Of a stretch of DNA of 64,000 nucleotides, positions 15,187 to 33,687 are shown one piece after another. Location: positions 1 to 64,000 of the IMG/VR virus record IMGVR_UViG_3300032334_002236; one strand, given 5' to 3'. A model generated the notes under the pieces. That model was not told the DNA's origin and did not search any database. It worked only from the letters and a program-made list of their open reading frames with translations. The position numbers and the translations under genes are program-made. Position 1 is the stretch's first letter. Each line of letters opens with the position of its first letter. The DNA is from a virus.

Positions 15187-17703
15187 TCATTCTGTGGCAA
15201 CACCCACACTATTGGATCCTTTGTTTATCACATTGGTTATACATGCAACATACTTGTTTGACTGAACATTTGCCGTACTTGTTCCAATTAAATTTACTCC
15301 ATAGACCAACCAGTGGAAAGTATTAGCTACTACCACCCCATGGGCACCTCCGCCAAAATGGACACCTGTTCCTTTACGATTTGCAGCATTTGCACCCAGG
15401 CCATAGAATGAATTATTGGTTATGTTTACACCATGAGCACTGTTTGCAGAGGCATATGAAAATACGATTCCATAATGATTTAACGGGCAATAAAAACTAT
15501 TGTTGGAAATATTGATGGTGGGAAATGGGTATGCTATCAGTATCTGATCAGCAGTGGTATTAAAATTACATGCTACCACAGCTAACTGGGCTGGGCCATC
15601 ACTGCCGTTGGTGCCACTGGTGTCAGGTGATACATAGATCCCAGTTGCGCCATTAACGAAATTTGATTGTACGACCGACACACCTTGTATGTAATTGTCA
15701 TATTCGATTCCTATGGCTATGTTCTGGAAATCACAGCAGGAGAAATTATAAACGATACCAAACTTGAACGATCCGGCACGATATCCATCTAGATGTACAC
15801 CAGTTCCCCCAGACACAAGATTGCTTCCAGTGAAGTTACATCCGATGAAATTGATATTGCACCAACCACGTACATATATGCCTTTTCCCCAATAATTGGC
15901 AAAAGCATTATCACTTCCTCTAAAACTAACACTATAAAAATCACTGGAGTCAAGGTAAAGCCCTTGGACAGTATTTGTCAGTGTGATTCCTGTAAAAGCA
16001 CCAGTAGAGCTATTTGTAGTGATAGCCAAGTTGGCAAAGTGAATATAATGGTTACCAGAATTTGCAAATACATTAAAACCATTACAACCATTGAATTGAA
16101 CTGTCGATACACCAGATCCTGCACCTATGATAGTGAGCGAATAACCACCTGATGCTGGGTAATTTATCGTAATGGTAGCATTTAATATTCCAATTCCTGG
16201 CGGGAAGTAGATAGCACCACCAGTGCTTGGAAGGCTTGCGATCGCGTTATTAACAGCAGTGACGTTAGTAGCTGCACTTGTGGATAACCCATCTGCTTTA
16301 TATCCAAATGAGGACACATCTACATAAAACGGTGCTTGGAAAACAGCCGCAGCAACACCGTTGCCTGTATAGACATAACCTTTGGGTCCAGTAACTGATG
16401 ATCCACTGCCACCTGATCCTGCAGGACCAGTAGGACCAGCAACACCAGTAGCACCGGCAACGCCAGTGGGTCCAGCTGAACCTGCTCCACCGCCGCCGCC
16501 TCCAGCAGGTCCGGTAGGACCAGCAAGTCCAGTTGGACCAGCGATTCCGATTGCACCAGCTGCGCCAGCAGCACCAGTAGGACCAGCAGCACCAGCACCA
16601 CCACCAGATCCAAATGTTTGTCCTACCAGGTATCCACCGAAATAATTCCTATTGGGATAACTGGTCTGCAGAAGGCTATCGATATCAACGTCTGCACTCC
16701 ATCCCAGATATACTGTCAGCGTATCATTCACTGCCAGATCTATGGTCACATGGGTGGATACAGTCTCGTGTGCGTCTCGCAGGGTACCTGGATCGGTTAA
16801 TCCTACTACACCACCTTTGTAGTTTTCCACGATAGTAGCACCATTTTTCTGTACGGTGACACCATAATAACCGCCTTCCACCATGATGAATTGCAATCCG
16901 GAATACAGATGGTACTTGCCTGCAGTGGTTACTGTGAATATGCCAGTGGCCTGGTTATAATCGATATTTTGTTTGGTTATCTGGTTGTTCCATTTGATCA
17001 GGCTAAAACCGTTTGCACCTGTTCCCATGACGGTATCAGCACCGCCTGATGTACCAAAAGTATAATGGAAAACAATACCGTCATTGGTGAGGATAGAAGC
17101 AGATCCAGCAGGGCCAGCAGGGCCAGCAACGCCAGCAGGGCCAGTGGGGCCAGCAACACCACCACCTGTGCCGCCACCACTACTGCCGGCAGGACCAGCA
17201 GGACCAGCAGGACCAGTAGCACCTGTGACGCCAGCACCGCTAGAAACAATGCTGCCCAGGAATGGTAAACCATTCCATGGTGTGGTACCATCGCCTATCT
17301 TCATCTGCAAAGGGCTGCTGTCGGTTACGACACCCAGTTCCCCAGCAGCTAATATGGTATTAAACCCTGCCCAATCAACAGCAGCACCACGACGCATCTG
17401 CATCTGGAAATTAGTGCTGGCTGGTGTTCCTCCGTCAGGAACCACGGTTGCAGTGTTATTGTTGGACGATATCACTCCAGCAGCAGCCGCTTTGGTGGAA
17501 AAGTCATTGTTACTGACATTGGTGAGGTCGCTGCGGGCTAGCTCTGTGCCACCAGGAGTGTGATTGTCATGCACTCTCAGGGTGTTGTGATCGTTATTGA
17601 CGGTGATCTCGCCCGGTACACCTGTGAAAGCGTCATTCTCTGCTTTAGTCCCTTGGCGAAACTTAACTCTTTGGTTCATGATTACTGGATCCTGCTGTAT
17701 CAT
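15187..17703 (-). CDS. modular fibre/receptor-binding protein: two Mtd-N-like domains, collagen-like linkers, C1q-like domain, pectin-lyase-like beta-helix
   Basis: FRQGT...FTGVPGEITVN...RVHD...GG; MRRG....W...N.ILAAGELG...KIGDG.TPW; GPT/GPA triplets; YNQATGIFTVTTAGKY; VDVSSFG..ADG...AINNAI...GGAIYFPPG followed by beta-helix repeats. True start may be ATG 17679. Confidence 0.75.
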   Translation of the reverse strand: MIQQDPVIMNQRVKFRQGTKAENDAFTGVPGEITVNNDHNTLRVHDNHTPGGTELARSDLTNVSNNDFSTKAAAAGVISSNNNTATVVPDGGTPASTNFQMQMRRGAAVDWAGFNTILAAGELGVVTDSSPLQMKIGDGTTPWNGLPFLGSIVSSGAGVTGATGPAGPAGPAGSSGGGTGGGVAGPTGPAGVAGPAGPAGSASILTNDGIVFHYTFGTSGGADTVMGTGANGFSLIKWNNQITKQNIDYNQATGIFTVTTAGKYHLYSGLQFIMVEGGYYGVTVQKNGATIVENYKGGVVGLTDPGTLRDAHETVSTHVTIDLAVNDTLTVYLGWSADVDIDSLLQTSYPNRNYFGGYLVGQTFGSGGGAGAAGPTGAAGAAGAIGIAGPTGLAGPTGPAGGGGGGAGSAGPTGVAGATGVAGPTGPAGSGGSGSSVTGPKGYVYTGNGVAAAVFQAPFYVDVSSFGYKADGLSTSAATNVTAVNNAIASLPSTGGAIYFPPGIGILNATITINYPASGGYSLTIIGAGSGVSTVQFNGCNGFNVFANSGNHYIHFANLAITTNSSTGAFTGITLTNTVQGLYLDSSDFYSVSFRGSDNAFANYWGKGIYVRGWCNINFIGCNFTGSNLVSGGTGVHLDGYRAGSFKFGIVYNFSCCDFQNIAIGIEYDNYIQGVSVVQSNFVNGATGIYVSPDTSGTNGSDGPAQLAVVACNFNTTADQILIAYPFPTINISNNSFYCPLNHYGIVFSYASANSAHGVNITNNSFYGLGANAANRKGTGVHFGGGAHGVVVANTFHWLVYGVNLIGTSTANVQSNKYVACITNVINKGSNSVGVATE

Positions 17704-17753
17704 ATTTAGTAGGTTTATTATAGGGTTGACAAATCGTCGTCATATGTTATTAT
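17703..17753. promoter_or_regulatory. back-to-back promoters: late TAAATA (- strand, 17703-08) and TTGACA-N16-TATTAT (+ strand)
   Basis: TTGACA at 17726-31, TGtTATTAT at 17745-53, RBS AGGAGG before ATG 17774. Confidence 0.6.
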
Positions 17754-17773
17754 TAAAAATATAGGAGGACTAG

Positions 17774-19027
17774 ATGGCAAAATCTCGTAAAAAACACAAG
17801 ACTTTACCTGACAATATGTTGTCAGATACTATCGATAAAGTAGCTGATGAGCAAGCTCGTCAATCCATCCTCCGTGCCCGTATCGCTATGGTGCTACGAC
17901 ACGGCATGTTCGGTCAATTAGCCATGCGTTTGAAACTAGTAAATGCCGACAGCTGGTGCATGACTGCTGCTACCGACGGACGTCATTTCTTCTATAACAG
18001 CAAATTCATCAACATGTTAGATACGCAACAGAACATCTTCCTGTTCTGTCATGAATTACTCCACTGTGCTTACGACCACATGGAACGTGGCAAAAACAAA
18101 CACCAGACCATAGCAAACATTGCCATGGATTATGTAGTGAATGCCGATTGCATCAAATACAAGATGGGCAATAGGATCACCGTGGTGGATGTGTTGTACG
18201 ATAAAAAATATGAAGATTGGAGCTTCGAACAGGTCTATGACGATCTGATGAAGAATGCCAAAGTGATCAACATGGATGATCTGGCTGACATGTTGTTGGA
18301 CGAACATCTGGATGGCAGCAAGGAGGGAGACAAAGATAAAGACGGCAAAGGTCGTCCCAAATTGTCAGATGTTGAAAAACAAGCTATCCGTGACGAATTC
18401 AAAGAAGCCATGCTGAGTGCTGCACAAGCAACAGGTGCCGGAAATACTCCTGCTAATATCTCACGCATGATCAAAGAGCTTACTGCTCCCAAGATCAACT
18501 GGCGTGAACTGATCACCCAACAGATCCAGAGCACTATCAAACACGATTACACCTACGTGACACCCAACAAGAAGATGTTCAGCTCGGGCTTTGTGTTGCC
18601 CAGCATGAAAAGAGACGAGACCATCGATGTTTGTGTTGCTATCGATACATCAGGTAGTATCGGTGACAAACAACTGGACCAGTTCTTTAGCGAAGTCAAC
18701 GGCATCATGAACAGCTATGATGATTTTAACATCAAAGTCTGGTGTTTCGATACCAGTGTGCATAATCCACAAGATTACGACACTGGCAACAGCCACGAGC
18801 TCTTGGATTATAAACCCAAAGGATTCGGTGGTACTGACTTCGATTCCAACTGGCAATGGATGAAAGAAGAAAATATTGAACCCAAACTGTTGATCGTGTT
18901 CACTGACGGTGAACCCTATGGCAGCTGGGGTGACGAAAACTATTGCGACACCGTATGGATCATCCACAACAAACACCGCAAAGATATCGAACCGCCGTTC
19001 GGTATACATGCATTCTACGAAGAATAA
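17774..19027 (+). CDS. HExxH metallopeptidase-like plus vWA domain protein (DUF2201-type), MoxR partner
   Basis: TAATDGR, CHELLH, N.AMDYVVN; MIDAS DTSGS, GGTDF and VFTDG. Confidence 0.88.
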   Translation: MAKSRKKHKTLPDNMLSDTIDKVADEQARQSILRARIAMVLRHGMFGQLAMRLKLVNADSWCMTAATDGRHFFYNSKFINMLDTQQNIFLFCHELLHCAYDHMERGKNKHQTIANIAMDYVVNADCIKYKMGNRITVVDVLYDKKYEDWSFEQVYDDLMKNAKVINMDDLADMLLDEHLDGSKEGDKDKDGKGRPKLSDVEKQAIRDEFKEAMLSAAQATGAGNTPANISRMIKELTAPKINWRELITQQIQSTIKHDYTYVTPNKKMFSSGFVLPSMKRDETIDVCVAIDTSGSIGDKQLDQFFSEVNGIMNSYDDFNIKVWCFDTSVHNPQDYDTGNSHELLDYKPKGFGGTDFDSNWQWMKEENIEPKLLIVFTDGEPYGSWGDENYCDTVWIIHNKHRKDIEPPFGIHAFYEE

Positions 19028-19084
19028 TTTTTTTTACTGCGCCACTTACCAATGTAAATACCTTATAACTTCCCGGAGGAAAAA

Positions 19085-19303
19085 ATGACTGATACAGAAA
19101 ACAAGACAACTGAAGCACCAAGTGTGGGATTAGCAGACATCGGATTCCTGCTCCAAGTGGTAGAAATCTGCAGCAAGCGCGGTGCGTTCAATGCAGACGA
19201 GATGACCCAAGTGGGCACAGTATACGATAAAGTCAAAGCATTCTTGGCTGCAAATGCACCACCCAAACCAGATGCTGATAAAGAAGAAGGCGGTGTTCAA
19301 TGA
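19085..19303 (+). CDS. hypothetical protein
   Basis: RBS GGAGGA; TAAATA at 19055-60; SKRGAF..DEM..VG motif. Confidence 0.75.
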   Translation: MTDTENKTTEAPSVGLADIGFLLQVVEICSKRGAFNADEMTQVGTVYDKVKAFLAANAPPKPDADKEEGGVQ

Positions 19304-19923
19304 CCTTTTTCAAACACGTGGGTTCAGTGAATAGCAAGAAGGTCATTATCATCCAGCGCCAGTTGCCTAATGAAGAGCACATGGCTGCTGTGATCTATAG
19401 TGACATCATGCCTGCCAAATATCATGATGATGTCATGAAACTTTTGGAAAGCGAAGAAGGCCAACACAGCTATGAATTCAAAGACATCCTGCAACGTCGC
19501 ATGATGGGCAGCGGCGAAAACATGCTGAATGCACTGGCTAACGAAGGTTATCTGAAAAAAGTTCCTGCACAAAACGTCATGGTCACACCCAACAGCAAGA
19601 GTTCAGTACGCCTGGACGAGCTCAACAGCTTGCTTAACATGGCAGGCAAAGGCGACGAAGCTGTGAAGAAATTGGATGCATTGGATGCCAAACAAGGCAT
19701 GGGCAATGGCATGGCTCCTGTGATCGAAGATAGCCCAGCTATCAACGTCAGCGACATGGGTATCACGCCAGTAGCACCTGTGGCAACTGGTATAGATCAG
19801 ACTGCTCTGATGATGGAAATGATGAAGACCATGCAGAGCATGCAACAACAGATCAATAATCTCAACGGCGATAAACCTGCTGTTAAAAAGACTACCAAAT
19901 CCAAGAATACTGCAAGTGCCTGA
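19300..19923 (+). CDS. hypothetical protein
   Basis: 207-aa ORF with ATGA overlap. Confidence 0.75.
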   Translation: MTFFKHVGSVNSKKVIIIQRQLPNEEHMAAVIYSDIMPAKYHDDVMKLLESEEGQHSYEFKDILQRRMMGSGENMLNALANEGYLKKVPAQNVMVTPNSKSSVRLDELNSLLNMAGKGDEAVKKLDALDAKQGMGNGMAPVIEDSPAINVSDMGITPVAPVATGIDQTALMMEMMKTMQSMQQQINNLNGDKPAVKKTTKSKNTASA

Positions 19924-20227
19924 ACCCAGTTTCAGTGATGACTTTCTAAACAAATGGGAACATTTGATCAACGACATTGAGATAACAGACGTACCACTTC
20001 GTTTCATCAGCGAAGTGGTCGTTTTTTTCCACAACGGTGATCAGATGGAATTTAACATAGAAGAAATGTTACAGAACACTTTTCCAGTGGCACACATAGA
20101 AGAAGAGATAGAGACATTCCTCAGCGAGAATGACAGATACATCGATAATGTGGATTTCCACATAAACATCCCAGCAGTAGCTACAGAAATCGAAACAAAA
20201 ACCAACAAGTTATTGGATAAAGCATGA
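19916..20227 (+). CDS. acidic hypothetical protein
   Basis: 103-aa ORF overlapping both neighbours by a few nt. Confidence 0.7.
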   Translation: MPEPSFSDDFLNKWEHLINDIEITDVPLRFISEVVVFFHNGDQMEFNIEEMLQNTFPVAHIEEEIETFLSENDRYIDNVDFHINIPAVATEIETKTNKLLDKA

Positions 20228-20883
20228 GCACCAGTAAGATAGTAGCAATGACCAATCCCGTGGATACTGACCTCAGTATAGATCAATTCGTGGCATATGT
20301 GGCCAGGGTCAGTAATCCCAGCAACCAGAATAACACCTTGACAGCTGATAAGTTACTCAAGTATCTGGTCAAACACAAGCACTGGAGCCCTTTCGAGATG
20401 GTGCATGTGGTCATGGAGATCGATACCACACGTGACATTGCTCGCCAGATCCTGCGACACCGCAGTTTCAGTTTCCAGGAGTTCAGCCAACGCTATGCTG
20501 ATCCCACGAGCGACCTGGGGTTCAGTATGCGCGATGCCAGGCTACAGGACATGAAAAATCGTCAGAATAGTATCCAAGTTGAAGATCCAGAACTACAGCG
20601 TGAATGGGAAAATAAGCAAAACAAGATGATCGGCAGTGCCAAGGAAGCATACTTATGGGCTGTTAACAATGGCATTGCCAAAGAACAAGCCCGTGCAGTA
20701 TTGCCTGAAGGGTTGACCAATAGCCGTCTGTACATGGCTGGTAGCCTGCGTAGCTGGATACACTATTGCGAGCTCAGGATGGCCAATGGCACACAGCTGG
20801 AGCACCAGCAAGTGGCTAAAGATTGCTGGGCAGATATCTGCCAGAGATTTCCCAGCCTGGCTGATATCATCACATCAGGGTGA
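20224..20883 (+). CDS. thyX: FAD-dependent thymidylate synthase
   Basis: ARVS, HWSPFE, RQILRHRSFSFQEFSQRY (RHRx7S), EQARAVLP, LRSW.H. Confidence 0.96.
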   Translation: MSTSKIVAMTNPVDTDLSIDQFVAYVARVSNPSNQNNTLTADKLLKYLVKHKHWSPFEMVHVVMEIDTTRDIARQILRHRSFSFQEFSQRYADPTSDLGFSMRDARLQDMKNRQNSIQVEDPELQREWENKQNKMIGSAKEAYLWAVNNGIAKEQARAVLPEGLTNSRLYMAGSLRSWIHYCELRMANGTQLEHQQVAKDCWADICQRFPSLADIITSG

Positions 20884-22059
20884 AATCTTCATGATGTAAC
20901 ATAGTGCATGGGTAGCAGGTAACAACTGCCCCCCAGAGCCTACTGTGTTAACCTGATAAGGATTAGTCTGGGTATTAACCGCATAAGAACCAGCTGCACC
21001 AATCACCACCCTATCCATGAGATTGGGTGTATTATTATGCCCATCGCACAGTGTCCAACCTGGTGGAATAGTAGTTGCACTACCATACCATAATATGATG
21101 CTGCCATATGGCAATATGGTATGCACATACTTGGCTGTGGCCAACAGATTGTTATTGTCTAGAATCTGCGGAGTGGGTGCTTCTGGATACCCAGTGAACA
21201 CCGGGGTATCGATAGGTGCAAGAGTGGTTAATTGGCTGTTTATGGCAGCAATTCCACTGGTGCTATTGGCCACGAACTGTGTGGTTGCTATCTGATTGCT
21301 AGTGTCACCATCGGCAGGGGTCAATGATGTGGAAGGTTGTGTGAGATTCACAGTAGTTATGCTCATCGTGGTGTTATTGAGCTGGCTGGCCAAGTTGGCT
21401 GTGTTTGCAAACAAGGCAGCACTTAACTTTGTTAACTGGCTGGTCAATGAACCGTTCTTATCGCTCATGCTGCCTATGACATTATTGTATCCAGTGTACA
21501 CATTGCTCACTGCATTGATGGGAGTCTGTAAGCGGAAATCCTGGTCCTTGCTTGTGACTGATACTGTGACACCTGCCAGGTAACCCATCAACACATTATG
21601 GCTGACGCTGTTGTTATCCAGCACAGTTTCCTGGTAATAACCACTCTTGCCTAGCCTGGGATCGTTGTCTGGCCCCACAGTGAACCATCCTGTGTAATCC
21701 ACTGTCACGTCGCCGGTGTAGATCTTGTATTTGTAATTGGCAGTATCAACCCATTGGTCGCCAATGGCAGGATTAGCAGGAGTAGTATTTCCCACAGTCA
21801 TGCCACGCACTGGTTTGAAATTGGTGCCATCATAGAATTTCAGTAAGCTGATACCTGTGTCATACCAGATCTGACCACGTACTGGACTGGCAGGACTGCT
21901 AGCACCACTGAAATTACTCAGTAGGCTGACCAGGTCCTGGGCTATAACTTGCCCATAGTTGGCCACATTCTTTCCAACCAGTCCCAGGCTGGTGGTTGTG
22001 TCCACCTGGCCTGGGTATACTGTGATAGTGGTGTTATCTATGTTTACTGTATAACTCAT
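20875..22059 (-). CDS. short fibre/baseplate protein with shared N-terminal domain and C-terminal tail-collar-like domain
   Basis: LGLVGKN...YGQ...LLSNF...P..GQIWYD; IATTQFV; PYGSIILWYG...IPPGWTLCDG.NNTPNL.DR...LCYIMK. Confidence 0.75.
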   Translation of the reverse strand: MSYTVNIDNTTITVYPGQVDTTTSLGLVGKNVANYGQVIAQDLVSLLSNFSGASSPASPVRGQIWYDTGISLLKFYDGTNFKPVRGMTVGNTTPANPAIGDQWVDTANYKYKIYTGDVTVDYTGWFTVGPDNDPRLGKSGYYQETVLDNNSVSHNVLMGYLAGVTVSVTSKDQDFRLQTPINAVSNVYTGYNNVIGSMSDKNGSLTSQLTKLSAALFANTANLASQLNNTTMSITTVNLTQPSTSLTPADGDTSNQIATTQFVANSTSGIAAINSQLTTLAPIDTPVFTGYPEAPTPQILDNNNLLATAKYVHTILPYGSIILWYGSATTIPPGWTLCDGHNNTPNLMDRVVIGAAGSYAVNTQTNPYQVNTVGSGGQLLPATHALCYIMKISP

Positions 22060-22074
22060 TTATTCCTTCCATTA

Positions 22075-30558
<8,484 letters not shown>

Positions 30559-30620
30559 AAGATATTTCCTTGGATAAATTATCCATTATTTATTAGATGT
30601 CGCAGCCATAGGTCTTATTG

Positions 30621-32618
30621 TTATTGCTGGGATTTCAATTGATCTACTTGGGCTTGCAGCTCTTGGATGGCTGCAACCAACAGCGGAATCACATCTGTGT
30701 AGCTGAGACCCAGTGGTTCTGCAGGATCAGCTGGCACTGTGACGGCTTGTGGAAATACCTTCAACACATCCTGTGCTATGAGGAAACTGCGGCTGATACC
30801 TGGTTCATCCTGGGTGTATCTGCCGGTCATGGCTCGTAATCCAGCCACTTTTTCAGTGGCATCTGTGATGGGTAACAGATCTGCCTTGATGCGTTCATCG
30901 CTGTTTGCGGTCCAACTGGTTTGTCCGTTGCTGATATACACGCCCAGGTTGGCATTGTTCAAGATACTGAAGTTGCTGTAGGTGTTATAAGGACCCACAC
31001 CCCAATATGCACCCACATTTGCTCGGCTATGTCTCAAGAATAGCTGTTGGTTAGGTGCTTCCACCTGCACTGATTGGATCACAGGTGCAAATTTGTTGCT
31101 AGAGCCTACTACGAAATTACCATCGCTGTCTATTTTAGCTGCCTGATACATGTCATTTTCAGATGGTCCACTGCGTGTGGCAAAGGCCAGATAACCATAA
31201 TAATTACCAAGTTCATCCTCGTTACCAGCATAGATATCAGCCATGGTGCCAGTGGCACCACTGTCATCATTGCTGCGACTGAATCGCACACCAACTGCTG
31301 CTGTACCTTGACCAGCACCATATATCCAGGGGTTGTTCCAATTCTGTGCGATGGCTAATCCAGCCACGTTAGCTGACTGGATGGTTAATTTATTCACCGG
31401 CTGGGTGGTATTGATACCCACCTTGCCATCATAATTTATAGTAACTTGTTCGCCCAGGTTGGTAGCCAACTGCATGCCACCAGTGGAATTATCAAATCTT
31501 ATATGGGCTGAATTTTGTTTACCGATAATTAAACTGTTTTCTAAACCTATATTCAGATTGCCCAGGAAGAAAGCAGCATCACCGTCCTGCGTGGCATAAA
31601 AGTATTCATATTGTTCCAGCCTGGGAGTGATAAACAAGCTGTTGACAGTATCGAAAACACTGAAACTGTATCCTGGACCATTGGCACCGAAATCCTGGAA
31701 CACGCTCAATGCTGCCGTGTCACGGAAATTTTGTCCTATGGTGACACGGCCAGGCATGTTGATGTTGGCTCCCTGGGCACTGAAACTGGTGTAGTTGGCT
31801 CCGCTATCCCTGGTTATGATACTGATGTTGGCATTGTTGATGCTGTTGCTGATCACCAGGTTATTGCTTTGCATGTTCATACGTACCTGGTTGAAAGCAC
31901 CCATGTTGATGCCCAGGTTATTTGTGACACTGAGGCTGCCTCTGGTGCCAGTGTTGATATCAGTACGCATGTAGTTGTTGCTGTATAATCCACCCAGCCT
32001 GAAACTATCGCTTACCTGTCCTGTGAGACGGTTATTTGTGACAAAATTTTGATTGACCAGGTTGAGTCCTGGTGCGATCCTGCTGAACCCACCTATGCTG
32101 TTCTGTGGAATGAATTCCTGGTCAGCACTGAGTATGGCATATCTGGTGTTATCGATGTTGAAACTCAACACATGATGGTTGGAACCCATTACGTCTCTGA
32201 TGGTCTCAGCATTAGTGCCATTGGCACCACCGCTGCCCACTGTGAACCAGGTAGCTCCTATCCAGATACGAACCTGTGGATTACCCAGGTTTCCAGTGTC
32301 TAACCACATGTCCCCCACATTGGGAGCAAGTGGACTGATGCTACTGGTGTAACAGCTGGTCACATTCTTGAAACGCTGTCCATTATAAACATTCAACTGG
32401 TTGGTGGTAGTGTTGTACCATAATTGACCAGTTATGGGTCTCACAGGTGCGGTGCTGTTGGCAAAATTTTCCAATAACGACAGGAAATTCTGATCGATCA
32501 ATCCACCGTAATTCTGTATGTTCCTGCCCACGAATGTCAGGTTAGTGCTGTTGTCTAGTTTACCATCTAGCACTACTATGGGGTTCTGTCCGTTGTTAGG
32601 GGTGAGTGTATAGCTCAT
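30621..32618 (-). CDS. tail fibre with shared N-terminal domain and C-terminal intramolecular chaperone (peptidase S74-like)
   Basis: LTFVGRN...YG...LLENFA...GQLWYN; GKVGINTTQP; SDERIK...I.DA..KV..LR...IAQDV..VFPQAV...IPLLVAAIQEL. Confidence 0.85.
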   Translation of the reverse strand: MSYTLTPNNGQNPIVVLDGKLDNSTNLTFVGRNIQNYGGLIDQNFLSLLENFANSTAPVRPITGQLWYNTTTNQLNVYNGQRFKNVTSCYTSSISPLAPNVGDMWLDTGNLGNPQVRIWIGATWFTVGSGGANGTNAETIRDVMGSNHHVLSFNIDNTRYAILSADQEFIPQNSIGGFSRIAPGLNLVNQNFVTNNRLTGQVSDSFRLGGLYSNNYMRTDINTGTRGSLSVTNNLGINMGAFNQVRMNMQSNNLVISNSINNANISIITRDSGANYTSFSAQGANINMPGRVTIGQNFRDTAALSVFQDFGANGPGYSFSVFDTVNSLFITPRLEQYEYFYATQDGDAAFFLGNLNIGLENSLIIGKQNSAHIRFDNSTGGMQLATNLGEQVTINYDGKVGINTTQPVNKLTIQSANVAGLAIAQNWNNPWIYGAGQGTAAVGVRFSRSNDDSGATGTMADIYAGNEDELGNYYGYLAFATRSGPSENDMYQAAKIDSDGNFVVGSSNKFAPVIQSVQVEAPNQQLFLRHSRANVGAYWGVGPYNTYSNFSILNNANLGVYISNGQTSWTANSDERIKADLLPITDATEKVAGLRAMTGRYTQDEPGISRSFLIAQDVLKVFPQAVTVPADPAEPLGLSYTDVIPLLVAAIQELQAQVDQLKSQQ

Positions 32619-32641
32619 GATTACTCCGCAGCTGATATTTA

Positions 32642-33655
32642 TCAGACGGTGATATAAGTGATGCCTGCCCGAACATGGGTATTTGCTGTGGTACTCACAG
32701 CATACAGCGATACCAGATCAGCTAACAAATCAGTGCTCAGTGAGAGTAGTGATCCGCCTGCTATCACTTCACTATATACCACCAGGTTACTGATTATGCC
32801 GTTATGTGTCAGCAATACTTCCATGGAATGCGAATTAGATGCGGTAAATGCAGATATCACATATTTGGCTGTCCTGTATTGGACATGATCAAAGCTGTCC
32901 AATGTTACGATACTGGTTCCCACAGTGGTTGGTGCTCCGTCATATAATATGGAGTTATTGATCAGTGTGGTATTGGCAGTTATCTGCATGACAGGTGTAT
33001 TATTTGCCAGGATCAGATTAATCTGGCCTTGGCCCTGATTATCGTAGACTGCTTGCACATGGATACTATTATTGACGATTTCCGTGACAACAGAACTGAC
33101 ACCAAACACCCGTGCTTCCACGATATCAGTATCAAGTGGTACCTCACTCTGGAAACTCAACACGTTGCCGCTGACTGTGTAACTGCGCCCTGGTATCTGT
33201 GCCACACCGTTAACATGCACCAATGTGCCCTGTGTGTTGCTATTCTGTGTGAGATAAAAATTACCAGTGACATTATCACCTGTGAACACATCGCTGGTCA
33301 CATAACTGTTACTGATGGTACCGCCACTGGTGCCGCTGCCCACTGCTTGCCATGCAGATCCAGTGTATACTTCCAGGCTACTGCTGACAGTGTTGAATCT
33401 GATCTGGCCGCTTACTGCTGTGGGTGGATATGTGTTGTTGCCATTGGGCGCAACCAGGCTCGTGGTGGCTACGATGGTGTTGGCATTGATGATGCCACGC
33501 ACATCCAGATCAAATCTGGGCATGACAGTGTTGATGCCCAGCCTGCGATTACTGACATCGAAATATGCCAGATTGCTGTCGATAACCAGATCCACACCAT
33601 TGCGGATCAGGTTGTCCCGGAGCATGGAACCAGCTACTTTACCCAGAATTGCCAT
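32642..33655 (-). CDS. virion structural protein
   Basis: RLGINT..P, GQIRFN, FTGD....F.L...LVHVNGVAQIP, DSF....YRTAKYVIS; lies in the late operon. Confidence 0.75.
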   Translation of the reverse strand: MAILGKVAGSMLRDNLIRNGVDLVIDSNLAYFDVSNRRLGINTVMPRFDLDVRGIINANTIVATTSLVAPNGNNTYPPTAVSGQIRFNTVSSSLEVYTGSAWQAVGSGTSGGTISNSYVTSDVFTGDNVTGNFYLTQNSNTQGTLVHVNGVAQIPGRSYTVSGNVLSFQSEVPLDTDIVEARVFGVSSVVTEIVNNSIHVQAVYDNQGQGQINLILANNTPVMQITANTTLINNSILYDGAPTTVGTSIVTLDSFDHVQYRTAKYVISAFTASNSHSMEVLLTHNGIISNLVVYSEVIAGGSLLSLSTDLLADLVSLYAVSTTANTHVRAGITYITV

Positions 33656-33687
33656 CTATCTCACCTTGATAAGGTATTTAACAATGC

